64,000 bases of DNA from assembly GCA_038204425.1 (NCBI GenBank), contig JBBRCZ010000001.1:128001-192000 (forward strand), written 5' to 3'. The position numbers were made by a program, and so were the translations under genes. Within the stretch, counting starts at the first letter, position 1, and each line of letters begins with the position of its first letter. The notes beneath the pieces were generated by a model. It had not been told where the DNA came from. It made no database searches and was given only the letters and a program-made list of their open reading frames with translations. Of this stretch, positions 27,701 through 37,452 are shown piece by piece. The DNA comes from Spirochaetia bacterium (lineage in GTDB: Bacteria; Spirochaetota; Spirochaetia; DSM-27196; Salinispiraceae).

Positions 27701-28510
27701 GTGATGCAGGAAATTGCTTTTGTGGATTCAGGTATTGGGGGACTACCTTATTTGTCAGCGCTACGGGAGAAGCTTCCGCAGGCTCCAATTATCTATGTTG
27801 CTGACAATAAGAATTTCCCCTACGGCAGCAAAGACGAAACCCAAATACGCAAAGGCATGCTTGAGCTGGTTGCATCGATCCTTAAGCGCTATAATCCAAG
27901 TTTGTTGGTTGTTGCCTGCAACACAGCTTCGGTCGTTGCACTCGAAACACTTCGTTCAAATTTCTCGGTACCCTTTGTCGGCATTGTACCGGCGGTTAAG
28001 CCTGCGGCTATAGCCAGTAAGACGCGCAGTATTGGTGTGCTTGCCACAGAACGCACCATCAAAGGTGACTATCTCGAAGCATTGATTACCAAGTACGCAA
28101 ATGATTGCCGCGTCACCAAAGTCGCTGCCAGCGAACTGATAAGCCTCATAGAAAAGGATCCTTTTATCGAAGACCCATTGGCCTTTAAGAGGCTTTTTGA
28201 AGAGGCGCGAGTTAGTTTTGAGCGCCAAAGTGTTGATACGGTTGTGCTTGGTTGTACGCACTTCCTGCACGTTGCAAAAGAGTTTGAGCAGTATTTTGCC
28301 AATCGATTTACCATTATGGATTCACGCGATGGTGTGGTCAACCAAACGCTCAGAATAATCGAAAGTCTTGGCCTTATGCAGGGTTATGAAAGTATTCTTG
28401 AGAGTGATCATACTGCTAAGCAGTTGTTTCTGAGCAAAGAAGTAGTCAATTCATCGCTTTATCAAAGAGTGGCATCGCGTTATGGTTTGAGTTTTGGAGG
28501 AATAATCTGA
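27701..28510 (+). CDS. murI: Glutamate racemase
   Basis: DSGIGGL, FPYGSK, ACNTAS, VPAVKPA, LGCTHF. Confidence 0.96.
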   Translation: MMQEIAFVDSGIGGLPYLSALREKLPQAPIIYVADNKNFPYGSKDETQIRKGMLELVASILKRYNPSLLVVACNTASVVALETLRSNFSVPFVGIVPAVKPAAIASKTRSIGVLATERTIKGDYLEALITKYANDCRVTKVAASELISLIEKDPFIEDPLAFKRLFEEARVSFERQSVDTVVLGCTHFLHVAKEFEQYFANRFTIMDSRDGVVNQTLRIIESLGLMQGYESILESDHTAKQLFLSKEVVNSSLYQRVASRYGLSFGGII

Positions 28511-28521
28511 GCAATTCGGAT

Positions 28522-29436
28522 TTGGTTGAAGGACAGGTTCTGTGGGGAAGTCAGAACATATACGCGGTTCAAGTACCCACTATTGGTAATGGTCCGATTG
28601 TCGAGTGTCGGATAAAGGGCAAAAAGCTCTTTTTGAACGAAGAAGCCTACAATCCATTGGCGCCGGGCGACTGGGTGCAGATTGAGCTCGATACTGCGAG
28701 CAAACAAGGAATGATTGTAGACAGATTAAAACGAAGCAATGCCCTAGAGCGCTGGAATCGTAAGCGCGAGGCAAGTCAGACCCTAGTTGCCAACATTGAT
28801 CTCTTAATAATTGTTGCTTGTGTCACGTCGCCGCCTTTTAGACCGCGATTTGTTGACCGATGCTTGGCTCTAGCCGAGTATTCGCACTTAAAGCCTTTGA
28901 TTGTTATAAACAAAGCAGATCTGGGGGTCAGCGATGAAGATGAGGCAAGAATTCTCAACTACGCTAAAATGGGCTATGAAGTGTTACTAGCTTCGGTAAT
29001 ACAAGACGAAGGTATCAAAGAACTAAAAGAACGAATTGCAGGATTGCTTGTTGCGTTTATTGGTCAGTCGGGAGTCGGAAAGTCGAGTTTGTTATTGGCA
29101 CTTGATCCAGAAATAAAGACAAAAGTTGGCATAGTAAATAAAAAGTATCAAAGGGGAATCCATACCACCACGCTGGCACGCTGTTGGCCGGTTGACTTCG
29201 CTCGTGGCATAATTGACACCCCGGGCATTCGGCAATTAGAGATTCCACACTTTGAACCGCAAAATTTAGCCTTGATGTTTATTGATATTGCCCCGCATGC
29301 AAAGAATTGCCAGCTATACAATTGTCAGCATCGAGACGAACCAGAATGTGCTGTAGTCAAGGCAGTTGAAGACGGCTTGATCTTCGCTGATCGCTATCAG
29401 GCCTATCGACGAATAATCGATGCCGAGGAAGATTGA
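28522..29436 (+). CDS. rsgA: Small ribosomal subunit biogenesis GTPase RsgA
   Basis: OB fold, NKAD, GQSGVGKSSL, G.HTTT, DTPGIR, C....C.H..EP.C zinc site. Confidence 0.95.
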   Translation: MVEGQVLWGSQNIYAVQVPTIGNGPIVECRIKGKKLFLNEEAYNPLAPGDWVQIELDTASKQGMIVDRLKRSNALERWNRKREASQTLVANIDLLIIVACVTSPPFRPRFVDRCLALAEYSHLKPLIVINKADLGVSDEDEARILNYAKMGYEVLLASVIQDEGIKELKERIAGLLVAFIGQSGVGKSSLLLALDPEIKTKVGIVNKKYQRGIHTTTLARCWPVDFARGIIDTPGIRQLEIPHFEPQNLALMFIDIAPHAKNCQLYNCQHRDEPECAVVKAVEDGLIFADRYQAYRRIIDAEED

Positions 29437-29439
29437 GCG

Positions 29440-31863
29440 ATGGACCAGCATGCCAAGTTTGTGCTCGAGTTTGATCAAATTATTAGCAGACTGAGGCAGC
29501 ATTGCCTCTGCGAGACTAGCTCTCTTGCATTGGAATCGGATTTTGTGTTGTCTTCAACGGGATTTGATGTGCTCAGAGACCAGCTTCCTCACTTCAGTCG
29601 ACTTGTCTATACACTTTTAAAACACCTGCAATGTCAAGAATTGCGACCGCACGCTTCTATTGTTGACATTAAAGAATGTCTGTTGATGCTTTTTAAAGAC
29701 GGAGCCGTGCTCGAACTGGAGCAACTAGCCGATCTTTTGAGTTTTATTTCTGGCTTTGAATCAATTAAACTTTTTTTGCAAAACCTTCCCGCGGCCAGCG
29801 AGGACCGAAGTTTCGTCGGATTTGAGCAAGAAATTGAATTTCTGCTCGATTTTTTGCGTGACCTGCCTGATTTGAGGGAACTCTCTCGATTTATGCGACG
29901 GTACATTGACGAACAGGGTTTTCTGAAGGAAGACCAGATTCCAGAACTTAAGGCCGCAAGGTTACACATTATTTCTCGCAAGGCAGAACTTACCAAGGGA
30001 GCGCAGAGTATAATCTCGCAAAACCAAACGATCATTTCTGGTGATTTTGCAACTACGCGAGACGGTCGTATGGTAATTCCGCTTAAGGCTGATTTTAAAG
30101 GTCGGCTTCCAGGCTTGGTCCATCAAAGTTCTAGTAGCGGAGCCACCCTCTATTTGGAGCCCTTTGAGATGGTTGAGAAAAACAACGCAGTGTCACAGGC
30201 CGAAAACGAGTATCAACAAGAAGTGCTCAGGATAGTGCGCATGATTTCTGCTCGTTGTGTAGCTGATAAAGTCGCCTTACAAAGTGCGCACCATGCTGTT
30301 CAAACATTTGACAATTATTTTTGCAGAGCATCATTTGCCCGTGACTATCAGGGATCGTTGATCGGCATAGGCCAGCACGTCTGCTTGCTGGAAGCGCGAC
30401 ACCCATTGCTTGGCAAAAAGGCCGTGCCAATTGACTTGGTTTTTCCAAGCGACAAGCGACTTTTGGTGGTCTCTGGACCAAATACCGGCGGAAAAACCGT
30501 CGCATTAAAAAGCCTTGGGCTGTTCTGTTTAATGAATCAAGCTGGTTTGCTCCTGCCTTGTAGCCAAGAATCGAGCATTCCTATCTTTGACAACGTGTTT
30601 GCCGATATTGGTGACGAACAATCGATCAGTGCCAGCCTGTCGACTTTTTCGGGCCACTTGGCTCAGATCGCCCATATTATTCGCCAAGCGCAACACGGCA
30701 GTCTAATTCTAATCGACGAGCTTGGTTCTGGTACGGACCCAGATGAAGGAGCAGCTCTTGCAATGGCAGTAGTTGAAAGGCTTTTGGACACTAAGCCAAC
30801 AATGATGGTCACCAGTCATCATTCGGCCATCAAGGCGCTCGCTATGAGCAATCCAATGGCGAGCAACGCAAGCATGGCGTTCTCTGAAACTGAACACAAA
30901 CCAACCTATCGCGTCATTGCTGGACTGCCCGGCCAAAGCCATGCCTTGGATATTGCTCAGAATCTTGGCTTTGAAACCACGGTTATTGCGCGTGCGCGAG
31001 ATCTATATGGAAAAAAAGAATCGGCACTTGATCAATTAATGTCATCAATGCAAGAACAAGTCGCGGCGGCTAGAGAGTTGCATATTCGCAATCAAGACCG
31101 AGCTGCCGAGCTACGTTTAGGCATTGAAGCTAGCCAACGAAAAGAAAAAGAACTGCAGCAAAGAGACTTAGAACTACAAACTTTACAGCAGCACCAAGCT
31201 GGCGAGTTTCTCAAACAATCAAGAAGCAGTGTAGAAAAGTTGTTACGTGAGCTTTCTGATCTCAAGTCATCTCTGCTAAGTGAGCAGCATAGGCAGGAAG
31301 TTGAAGAGCAGTCAAAAAAGATTCGCCAAGAGTTATTGCAATTGTCAAATATAGAAGAACACAAACGTCAAGAATTAGAACTCAAAAGAACACTGCAAAG
31401 ATCCAACCTTGCTAGAGTGCCAACACTTGGTGATACCGTAGTACTCTTGACTGGCGGACCACAGGGAACACTTGAACGCCTCAACAAAGACGGATCCTGG
31501 CAAGCTAGCTTTAAGGGCAAGTTAATGAAGCTCTCACTGGGAACGTTTGAACTAGTGCATGAACAAGCAAGTAAAACCAAACCTAAGATAAGCTTTAGTT
31601 ACGATCAATCTATGCCCGCACAGCTCCAGATTGATGTGAGAGGCATGCGTATGGGAGAGGCCAACGACCACGTAATAAAACAATTGGATGCCGCGCATGT
31701 TCAAGGAACTGAGTTCTTTTATATTATCCACGGCAAGGGGGAGGGTATCCTTCAGACTTCAATTCGGGCTATCTTAAGTCAGTCAGCGCTGGTCCAAAAA
31801 TTGGAGTTTGCTCTGCCACAGGATGGTGGCACCGGTAAGACGATTGTGTACTTAAAGAGGTAG
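29440..31863 (+). CDS. mutS2: Endonuclease MutS2
   Basis: SSSGATLYLEP, RHPLL, SGPNTGGKT, DIGDEQSI..SLSTFSGH, DELGSGTDP.EG, Smr domain IIHGKGEGIL...GGTG.T. Confidence 0.95.
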   Translation: MDQHAKFVLEFDQIISRLRQHCLCETSSLALESDFVLSSTGFDVLRDQLPHFSRLVYTLLKHLQCQELRPHASIVDIKECLLMLFKDGAVLELEQLADLLSFISGFESIKLFLQNLPAASEDRSFVGFEQEIEFLLDFLRDLPDLRELSRFMRRYIDEQGFLKEDQIPELKAARLHIISRKAELTKGAQSIISQNQTIISGDFATTRDGRMVIPLKADFKGRLPGLVHQSSSSGATLYLEPFEMVEKNNAVSQAENEYQQEVLRIVRMISARCVADKVALQSAHHAVQTFDNYFCRASFARDYQGSLIGIGQHVCLLEARHPLLGKKAVPIDLVFPSDKRLLVVSGPNTGGKTVALKSLGLFCLMNQAGLLLPCSQESSIPIFDNVFADIGDEQSISASLSTFSGHLAQIAHIIRQAQHGSLILIDELGSGTDPDEGAALAMAVVERLLDTKPTMMVTSHHSAIKALAMSNPMASNASMAFSETEHKPTYRVIAGLPGQSHALDIAQNLGFETTVIARARDLYGKKESALDQLMSSMQEQVAAARELHIRNQDRAAELRLGIEASQRKEKELQQRDLELQTLQQHQAGEFLKQSRSSVEKLLRELSDLKSSLLSEQHRQEVEEQSKKIRQELLQLSNIEEHKRQELELKRTLQRSNLARVPTLGDTVVLLTGGPQGTLERLNKDGSWQASFKGKLMKLSLGTFELVHEQASKTKPKISFSYDQSMPAQLQIDVRGMRMGEANDHVIKQLDAAHVQGTEFFYIIHGKGEGILQTSIRAILSQSALVQKLEFALPQDGGTGKTIVYLKR

Positions 31864-31865
31864 CT

Positions 31866-32501
31866 ATGAAAACGAGAGTCAATTTACGCCCATTTCCCGG
31901 ACTTTGGTCTTTAATTTGTTTGATAGTCGGGTTGGTCACTCTGCTCACATCTTGTTTCCAAGTTCAAATGGACCTAGTATTTTTTAAGAACATGGATGGT
32001 ACCGTGACTTTTAGCTATCAGATTCCTCAAAAATACTTTGATATTGCCAAAATAGAAACGAATTCCAACAGTGCCCTACTACCCTTAGAAAAATCTACAA
32101 TTGAAGAATCCTTGCTTTCGTTTCCGGGTTTGGCTCTGCAAAACTGGCAACAAACCGTTGACAACGGTATCGTCAAGACTTTGTTTACCATAGCTTTTGA
32201 CAATCCCGAGCATGTCTCTCCACTGTTAAACAATTGGGATACCAGCATTGAGAAGCAAGCCAATGGCAAGTATAAATTTGTTCAAAAACTTCGACAAGCC
32301 AGCATAGCGGCTGCCGAGTCTGAGAAGTTCGCTGGCTTTTTTAAGGGAATGAAACTGCTTACTTCGCTAACTAGTCAGACGGTTCATGAGAGAACTGGAG
32401 ACTTTCAAGTGGGGAGTAGTAGTTCTAAGTCCACCTTCGTCCTTACTGAAGCAGAGGTGTTCTCAAGCTCAGCCGCTAAAGAATGGATAATCATTTATTG
32501 A
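31866..32501 (+). CDS. Hypothetical lipoprotein
   Basis: Hydrophobic signal ending in the lipobox LLTSC; operonic with mutS2. Confidence 0.7.
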   Translation: MKTRVNLRPFPGLWSLICLIVGLVTLLTSCFQVQMDLVFFKNMDGTVTFSYQIPQKYFDIAKIETNSNSALLPLEKSTIEESLLSFPGLALQNWQQTVDNGIVKTLFTIAFDNPEHVSPLLNNWDTSIEKQANGKYKFVQKLRQASIAAAESEKFAGFFKGMKLLTSLTSQTVHERTGDFQVGSSSSKSTFVLTEAEVFSSSAAKEWIIIY

Positions 32502-32519
32502 TTTTTCACTTTTTTTCTG

Positions 32520-32549
32520 TTGCGAAATAAGTATCATTTAAACTAAAAT
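32520..32549 (+). promoter_or_regulatory. Candidate promoter of the V-ATPase operon
   Basis: TTGCGA (32520-25), 18 nt, TAAAAT (32544-49), preceded by a T-rich tract. Confidence 0.4.
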
Positions 32550-32569
32550 TGACACTACAGGGGGCATCC

Positions 32570-33172
32570 ATGGAACACCAGCTGCAAGAGCTGATAGAAA
32601 AAATCAAGCGCGAGGGGTACGAGAGTGCAGATGTGCAGGCTCGTCAACACATAGACGCAGCGCAGACAGAAGCAAAAAATATACTTGATGATGCCAACAA
32701 AAAAGCAGCTCAACTTGTTGAGAAAGCAAAAAAAGAAATAGAACAGTTGCAAGATTCTAGCAAAGCGGCACTTAAGCAAGCAGCGCGTGACGTCAGTATT
32801 ACCGTGCATAAGCAACTTCAAGCGCTTTTTGGCAAACTTTTGAAGGACGCTGTTGCCGCTAAGTATGACAACGCTGTATTGGAAGAAGCAATAGTGGCCT
32901 TGGTAAAAAATTGGGCCAACTTGCCCGAAGGTGCTGAGATTCAAGTTTCAGCAGAAATTCAGAAGAAGCTTCAGGATCTTGTAAAATCAAAAGTCCCTGA
33001 GCTCGCAAAAAAAGGCATTAGTATCAATGCATCACCGGATGTAAGCCTTGGTTTTAGGATTCAAGAAAAAGATGGGAATTCTTACTTTGACTTTGGCGTC
33101 GAAACCGTAGCCGAAGCCTTGTCCGCTTTTGTAAATCCTTTGCTTGCAGAACTTTTGACGGCAAAGGACTAA
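32570..33172 (+). CDS. V/A-type ATP synthase subunit E
   Basis: LQELIEKIKREG, coiled coil, GFRI..KDG.SYFDF; first gene of the operon; start moved to ATG 32570. Confidence 0.88.
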   Translation: MEHQLQELIEKIKREGYESADVQARQHIDAAQTEAKNILDDANKKAAQLVEKAKKEIEQLQDSSKAALKQAARDVSITVHKQLQALFGKLLKDAVAAKYDNAVLEEAIVALVKNWANLPEGAEIQVSAEIQKKLQDLVKSKVPELAKKGISINASPDVSLGFRIQEKDGNSYFDFGVETVAEALSAFVNPLLAELLTAKD

Positions 33173-33175
33173 GGT

Positions 33176-33742
33176 GTGGAGCAGTACTATTTCCTGCTAT
33201 CGAGTCTTCCGGCATTAAGTCCCGAAGCAAGTCAAGTTATTTCTCTTGAGGATTTCTTGGCGACTTCTCGTGACTGGCTGAACGAGCGCGATTGGCTCTT
33301 GTTGACCGAGGCAAAGCTAGAACCTGTATATACAGATAATAGCAATAGGGTTGTTTCTTCTTGGTTGGCTTGGGAAAGTGGCCTTCGCAATGCCATGCTC
33401 AGGATCCGCAGTTCCAAGTCTTCACAGGACGCAGGTCAATATGCGCGCAAGGATCAGCAGGGGAATGACTTCCAAGCTTTCCATGAAGTCAGCGAGCTGG
33501 CAAGAACTGCGAGCAATGCCTCAAATCCTTTAGAAGCAGAACTTTTACTTTTAAAAGGTCGATGGAACTTCTTGGATTCACTTGAGCTGGGTCATTTCTT
33601 TGATATTGAAAGACTTATTGTTTATAAATTAAAAGTATTGCTCCTGCAAAGGAAGAATCAAATGACAGTTGCGCTTGGGCAAGAACATTATCGTTTGGCC
33701 TATGAGGCAGTAGCTGCAACGTTTCCGCTTAATTTGGAATAA
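33176..33742 (+). CDS. DUF2764-family V-ATPase-associated protein (subunit C-like)
   Basis: YYFLLSSLP.L, W..WE..LRN, NPLEAE..L...RW.FL, H.FD.E.L..Y.LK. Confidence 0.8.
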   Translation: MEQYYFLLSSLPALSPEASQVISLEDFLATSRDWLNERDWLLLTEAKLEPVYTDNSNRVVSSWLAWESGLRNAMLRIRSSKSSQDAGQYARKDQQGNDFQAFHEVSELARTASNASNPLEAELLLLKGRWNFLDSLELGHFFDIERLIVYKLKVLLLQRKNQMTVALGQEHYRLAYEAVAATFPLNLE

Positions 33743-33759
33743 GGAATGGAGTATTCGGC

Positions 33760-35532
33760 ATGATAGATACCCAAGGACTCGTAGTTGGTGTCAATGGCAA
33801 CATGGTTACGGTAGAGGTGCAAGGCGATGTATCTCTAAACGAAGTTGGATATGTCCTCGTCAAGGATGCAAAGCTTAAGGCCGAGGTCATCCGAGTTCGA
33901 GGTAAATTAACAGAAATGCAAGTTTTTGAAATTACCACCGGGATTGGCATAGGTGACAAGGTAGAGTTTACCGGCGAGCTTTTGACGGTAGAACTGGGAC
34001 CAGGCCTGCTTAGTCAAGTTTACGATGGACTCCAGAATCCCTTGCCTGAACTTGCACAAAAGTGTGGTTTCTTCTTGGAACGTGGAATGTACATGAAGTC
34101 CTTGGAACGAAGCAAAAAGTGGAAGTTTACTCCAATTGCTAAGGTCGGAGACATCGTTAAACGTTCAGACAGTATTGGCTGGGTTCCAGAAGGTATTTTT
34201 GAGCATCAGATTATGGTACCTTTTGGTCTCTATGACACCTATACTGTAGTTTCAATTGCCAAGCCAGGCGACTATACGGTTGAAGAAGAGATTGCGCAGA
34301 TTAAAGATAGTCAAGGAAAGATTTCAAAGTTGACTATGAAGTTCACATGGCCAGTAAAGAAAGCAATAGATTCCTACAGCAAACGACTACGACCAAGCAA
34401 ACAAATGGTTACCAAAGTACGTATTATTGATACTTTTTTGCCGGTAGCTCTGGGTGGAACTTACTGTATCCCAGGCCCATTTGGTGCAGGAAAAACGGTT
34501 TTGCAACAGGTCACCAGCCGCAACGCAGAAGTTGATATTGTAATCGTCGCGGCTTGCGGTGAGCGCGCCGGCGAAGTCGTAGAAACCCTAAAAGAGTTTC
34601 CTGAGCTCATGGACCCCCGAACCGGAAGAACCTTGATGGAAAGAACCGTTATTATTTGTAATACCTCTTCTATGCCAGTAGCCGCCCGCGAAGCTTCAGT
34701 CTATACGGCAGTAACGCTCGCAGAATACTACCGGCAAATGGGTCTTCACGTACTTTTGCTTGCCGATTCAACCAGCCGATGGGCTCAAGCCATGCGTGAA
34801 ATGTCAGGCCGCCTAGAAGAAATACCAGGAGAAGAAGCCTTTCCAGCTTACTTGGAATCTACGATAGCGAGTTTTTATGAACGAGCGGGTATCGTGGAAC
34901 TTAAGAATGGAAAGATTGGTTCGGTTACGATTGGTGGAACGGTATCGCCGGCAGGTGGTAACTTTGAAGAACCGGTAACTCAAGCCACCTTAAAAGTTGT
35001 TGGTGCTTTTCACGGACTTTCCAGAGACCGCGCAAACGCTAGAAAGTTTCCATCGGTGCACCCACTGGAAAGTTGGTCAAAGTACAGTGGTTGTATAGAC
35101 AATGAAAAAACCGACTACGCTCGAGGCCTGCTTTTCCGCGGCAACGAGGTAGGTCAAATGATGAAAGTTGTTGGCGAAGAAGGAACAAGTCTGCAAGACT
35201 ACTTAGTATTTGAGAAATCAGAGTTCTTCGACCGAGTTTATCTGCAACAAGATTCGTTTGATCCAGTAGATGCTTCGGTGTCAGTTGAAAGACAACGCTA
35301 TGTATTTGATCTATTGTTTGAGATTGTAACCGCAGAGTTTAGTCTAAAGAACGCCCGCGAAGCGCGAGAGTACTTTAACAAGCTTCGTCAGTTATTCCTT
35401 GACTATAACGGTTCCGAATGGAATTCCGACCGCTTTAAACAATCAGAAACCGAAATTAGATCGTTGTTGAATGACAAGAAAACTGGTGTCGTCCACGATG
35501 CGCGCGCTCTCGTTCAGAACATTAGTGCATAA
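33760..35532 (+). CDS. V/A-type ATP synthase subunit A
   Basis: GPFGAGKT, ACGERAGE, NTSSMPVAAREAS, DSTSRWA, PGEEAFPAYL; no intein. Confidence 0.97.
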   Translation: MIDTQGLVVGVNGNMVTVEVQGDVSLNEVGYVLVKDAKLKAEVIRVRGKLTEMQVFEITTGIGIGDKVEFTGELLTVELGPGLLSQVYDGLQNPLPELAQKCGFFLERGMYMKSLERSKKWKFTPIAKVGDIVKRSDSIGWVPEGIFEHQIMVPFGLYDTYTVVSIAKPGDYTVEEEIAQIKDSQGKISKLTMKFTWPVKKAIDSYSKRLRPSKQMVTKVRIIDTFLPVALGGTYCIPGPFGAGKTVLQQVTSRNAEVDIVIVAACGERAGEVVETLKEFPELMDPRTGRTLMERTVIICNTSSMPVAAREASVYTAVTLAEYYRQMGLHVLLLADSTSRWAQAMREMSGRLEEIPGEEAFPAYLESTIASFYERAGIVELKNGKIGSVTIGGTVSPAGGNFEEPVTQATLKVVGAFHGLSRDRANARKFPSVHPLESWSKYSGCIDNEKTDYARGLLFRGNEVGQMMKVVGEEGTSLQDYLVFEKSEFFDRVYLQQDSFDPVDASVSVERQRYVFDLLFEIVTAEFSLKNAREAREYFNKLRQLFLDYNGSEWNSDRFKQSETEIRSLLNDKKTGVVHDARALVQNISA

Positions 35533-35542
35533 GGGGTAGTTC

Positions 35543-36847
35543 ATGCAGAAGGTATACTCACGAATCGAATCAATCTCCGGAAACGTTATCACGGTTAGTG
35601 CTAGCGGAATAAGGTACAAAGATCTTGCTCTGGTTAGCACTGCGTTTGGAAAGTCCTTGGCAGAAGTTATTCGCCTCAAAGACGACAAGGTTAGTTTGCA
35701 GGTCTATGCCGGTGGACGAGGTATTTCTACCGGTGACGAAGTGCGCTTTCTCGGTCGATCAATGCAAGTATCTTTCTCAGAGAATCTGTTGGGAAGGATC
35801 TTTGACGGATCGGCACGACCTCGCGATGGTGGGCCAAGTTTGGAAGAAAACTTGATTGAGATCGGTGGGCCGTCGGTAAACCCAGCTAAACGAATAATTC
35901 CAAGAAATATGATTAGAACAGGCATTCCGATGATCGACGTCTTCAATACCTTGGTAGAAAGTCAAAAACTTCCAATCTTTTCAGTGTCGGGCGAACCATA
36001 TAACCAACTGCTTGCTCGTATTGCTATGCAAGCCGAAGTCGACCTGATAATTCTTGGTGGTATAGGTCTCAAATATGACGACTATCTTTCCTTTAGAGAA
36101 ACGCTTGAGTCCGGTGGCGCCATGAGTAGGACAATATTCTTTGTTCATACTGCCGCTGACCCAATAGTAGAGGCGCTTTTGGTCCCGGATATTTCTTTGG
36201 CTGTTGCCGAGAAGTTTGCTTTGCAAGGTAAGCGTGTGCTTGTCTTGTTAACGGACATGACCAACTTCGCCGATGCCATGAAGGAAATTGCTATAACCAT
36301 GGAACAGGTTCCTTCTAACCGCGGTTACCCTGGTGACTTGTATAGCCAGCTTGCCAGTCGCTATGAAAAAGCTGTTGACTTTGAAGGAGCAGGTTCTATC
36401 ACAATTCTTGGTGTAACTAGCATGCCAGGTGATGATGTTACCCATCCTGTTCCCGACAACACAGGTTACATCACTGAAGGACAATACTATTTGAGAAATG
36501 GTCGCATTGAACCTTTTGGTTCACTAAGTCGGCTCAAGCAGATGGTCAACGGCAAAACTCGGGACGACCATCGGGCAATCATGGATTCAATGATTACACT
36601 TTATGCAAAATACAAAGAGTCCTTAGAAAAACGCTCAATGGGCTTTCAAATGACCGAATGGGACCAGAAGTTGATCAAGTACGGTGAAACCTTTGAGGCA
36701 AAACTCATGGACTTGAGTGTCAATATTCCATTGGAACAGGCCCTTGATCTTGGTTGGGCTATACTTGCTGACTGTTTTGATCCAGAAGAAACAGGTCTGC
36801 GAAGCAATCTTTTGAAGGAATTTTGGCCCGTTAAAGAGGTTGTTTAA
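35543..36847 (+). CDS. V/A-type ATP synthase subunit B
   Basis: [46 protein letters not shown]. Confidence 0.97.
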   Translation: MQKVYSRIESISGNVITVSASGIRYKDLALVSTAFGKSLAEVIRLKDDKVSLQVYAGGRGISTGDEVRFLGRSMQVSFSENLLGRIFDGSARPRDGGPSLEENLIEIGGPSVNPAKRIIPRNMIRTGIPMIDVFNTLVESQKLPIFSVSGEPYNQLLARIAMQAEVDLIILGGIGLKYDDYLSFRETLESGGAMSRTIFFVHTAADPIVEALLVPDISLAVAEKFALQGKRVLVLLTDMTNFADAMKEIAITMEQVPSNRGYPGDLYSQLASRYEKAVDFEGAGSITILGVTSMPGDDVTHPVPDNTGYITEGQYYLRNGRIEPFGSLSRLKQMVNGKTRDDHRAIMDSMITLYAKYKESLEKRSMGFQMTEWDQKLIKYGETFEAKLMDLSVNIPLEQALDLGWAILADCFDPEETGLRSNLLKEFWPVKEVV

Positions 36848-36849
36848 TA

Positions 36850-37452
36850 ATGGCGGCGGTAAAGCTTACCAAAAACGAACTTAAGAAAGAAAAAGACTCT
36901 CTAAAGCGTTACCAACGCTATTTGCCAACACTTCAGCTTAAGAAGCAGCAATTGCAAATGGTCTTGCGGCAAATTGAGCAGCAAGTGAAGGTGCTTAGAG
37001 CCCAACAGCAACTACTTGTCGATCAAGCCAACAATTGGGTTGCAGTATTTGGCGAAGATTTACACCCTGAGCAGTACCTCACGATCAAAGAAATAACTAG
37101 TACACGTGGTAATATTGCAGGAATAGACATTCCCGTATTTAAAGACTTAATTTTTCAACAGGCAAGCTATGATCTATTTGAGCTCCCCTTGTGGATTGAT
37201 GAAGGATTGGAATTGATCAAAAAAGTACTAAGGTTTGATGCCGAACTAAAAGTTTTGGATCGTCAGAATGACTTAGTTTCTCATGAGCTAAGGATTACTT
37301 CACAAAGGGTCAACCTCTTCGAAAAGGTCAAAATACCTGATACCAAAAACAACATTCGCAAAATTCAAATCTACCTTGGTGATCAACAAACAGCAGCTGT
37401 AGTAAGAGGAAAAATGGCCAAGAACAACCTCTTGAAGGGAGTCGCTCAATGA
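36850..37452 (+). CDS. V/A-type ATP synthase subunit D
   Basis: LPTLQLKKQQL, T.QRVNLFEKVKIP. Confidence 0.95.
   Translation: MAAVKLTKNELKKEKDSLKRYQRYLPTLQLKKQQLQMVLRQIEQQVKVLRAQQQLLVDQANNWVAVFGEDLHPEQYLTIKEITSTRGNIAGIDIPVFKDLIFQQASYDLFELPLWIDEGLELIKKVLRFDAELKVLDRQNDLVSHELRITSQRVNLFEKVKIPDTKNNIRKIQIYLGDQQTAAVVRGKMAKNNLLKGVAQ

Noticed and set aside
33760..35532. Inteins in V-ATPase A or DnaB (common hosts)
   Set aside because: Both proteins are of normal length and continuous across the P-loop.
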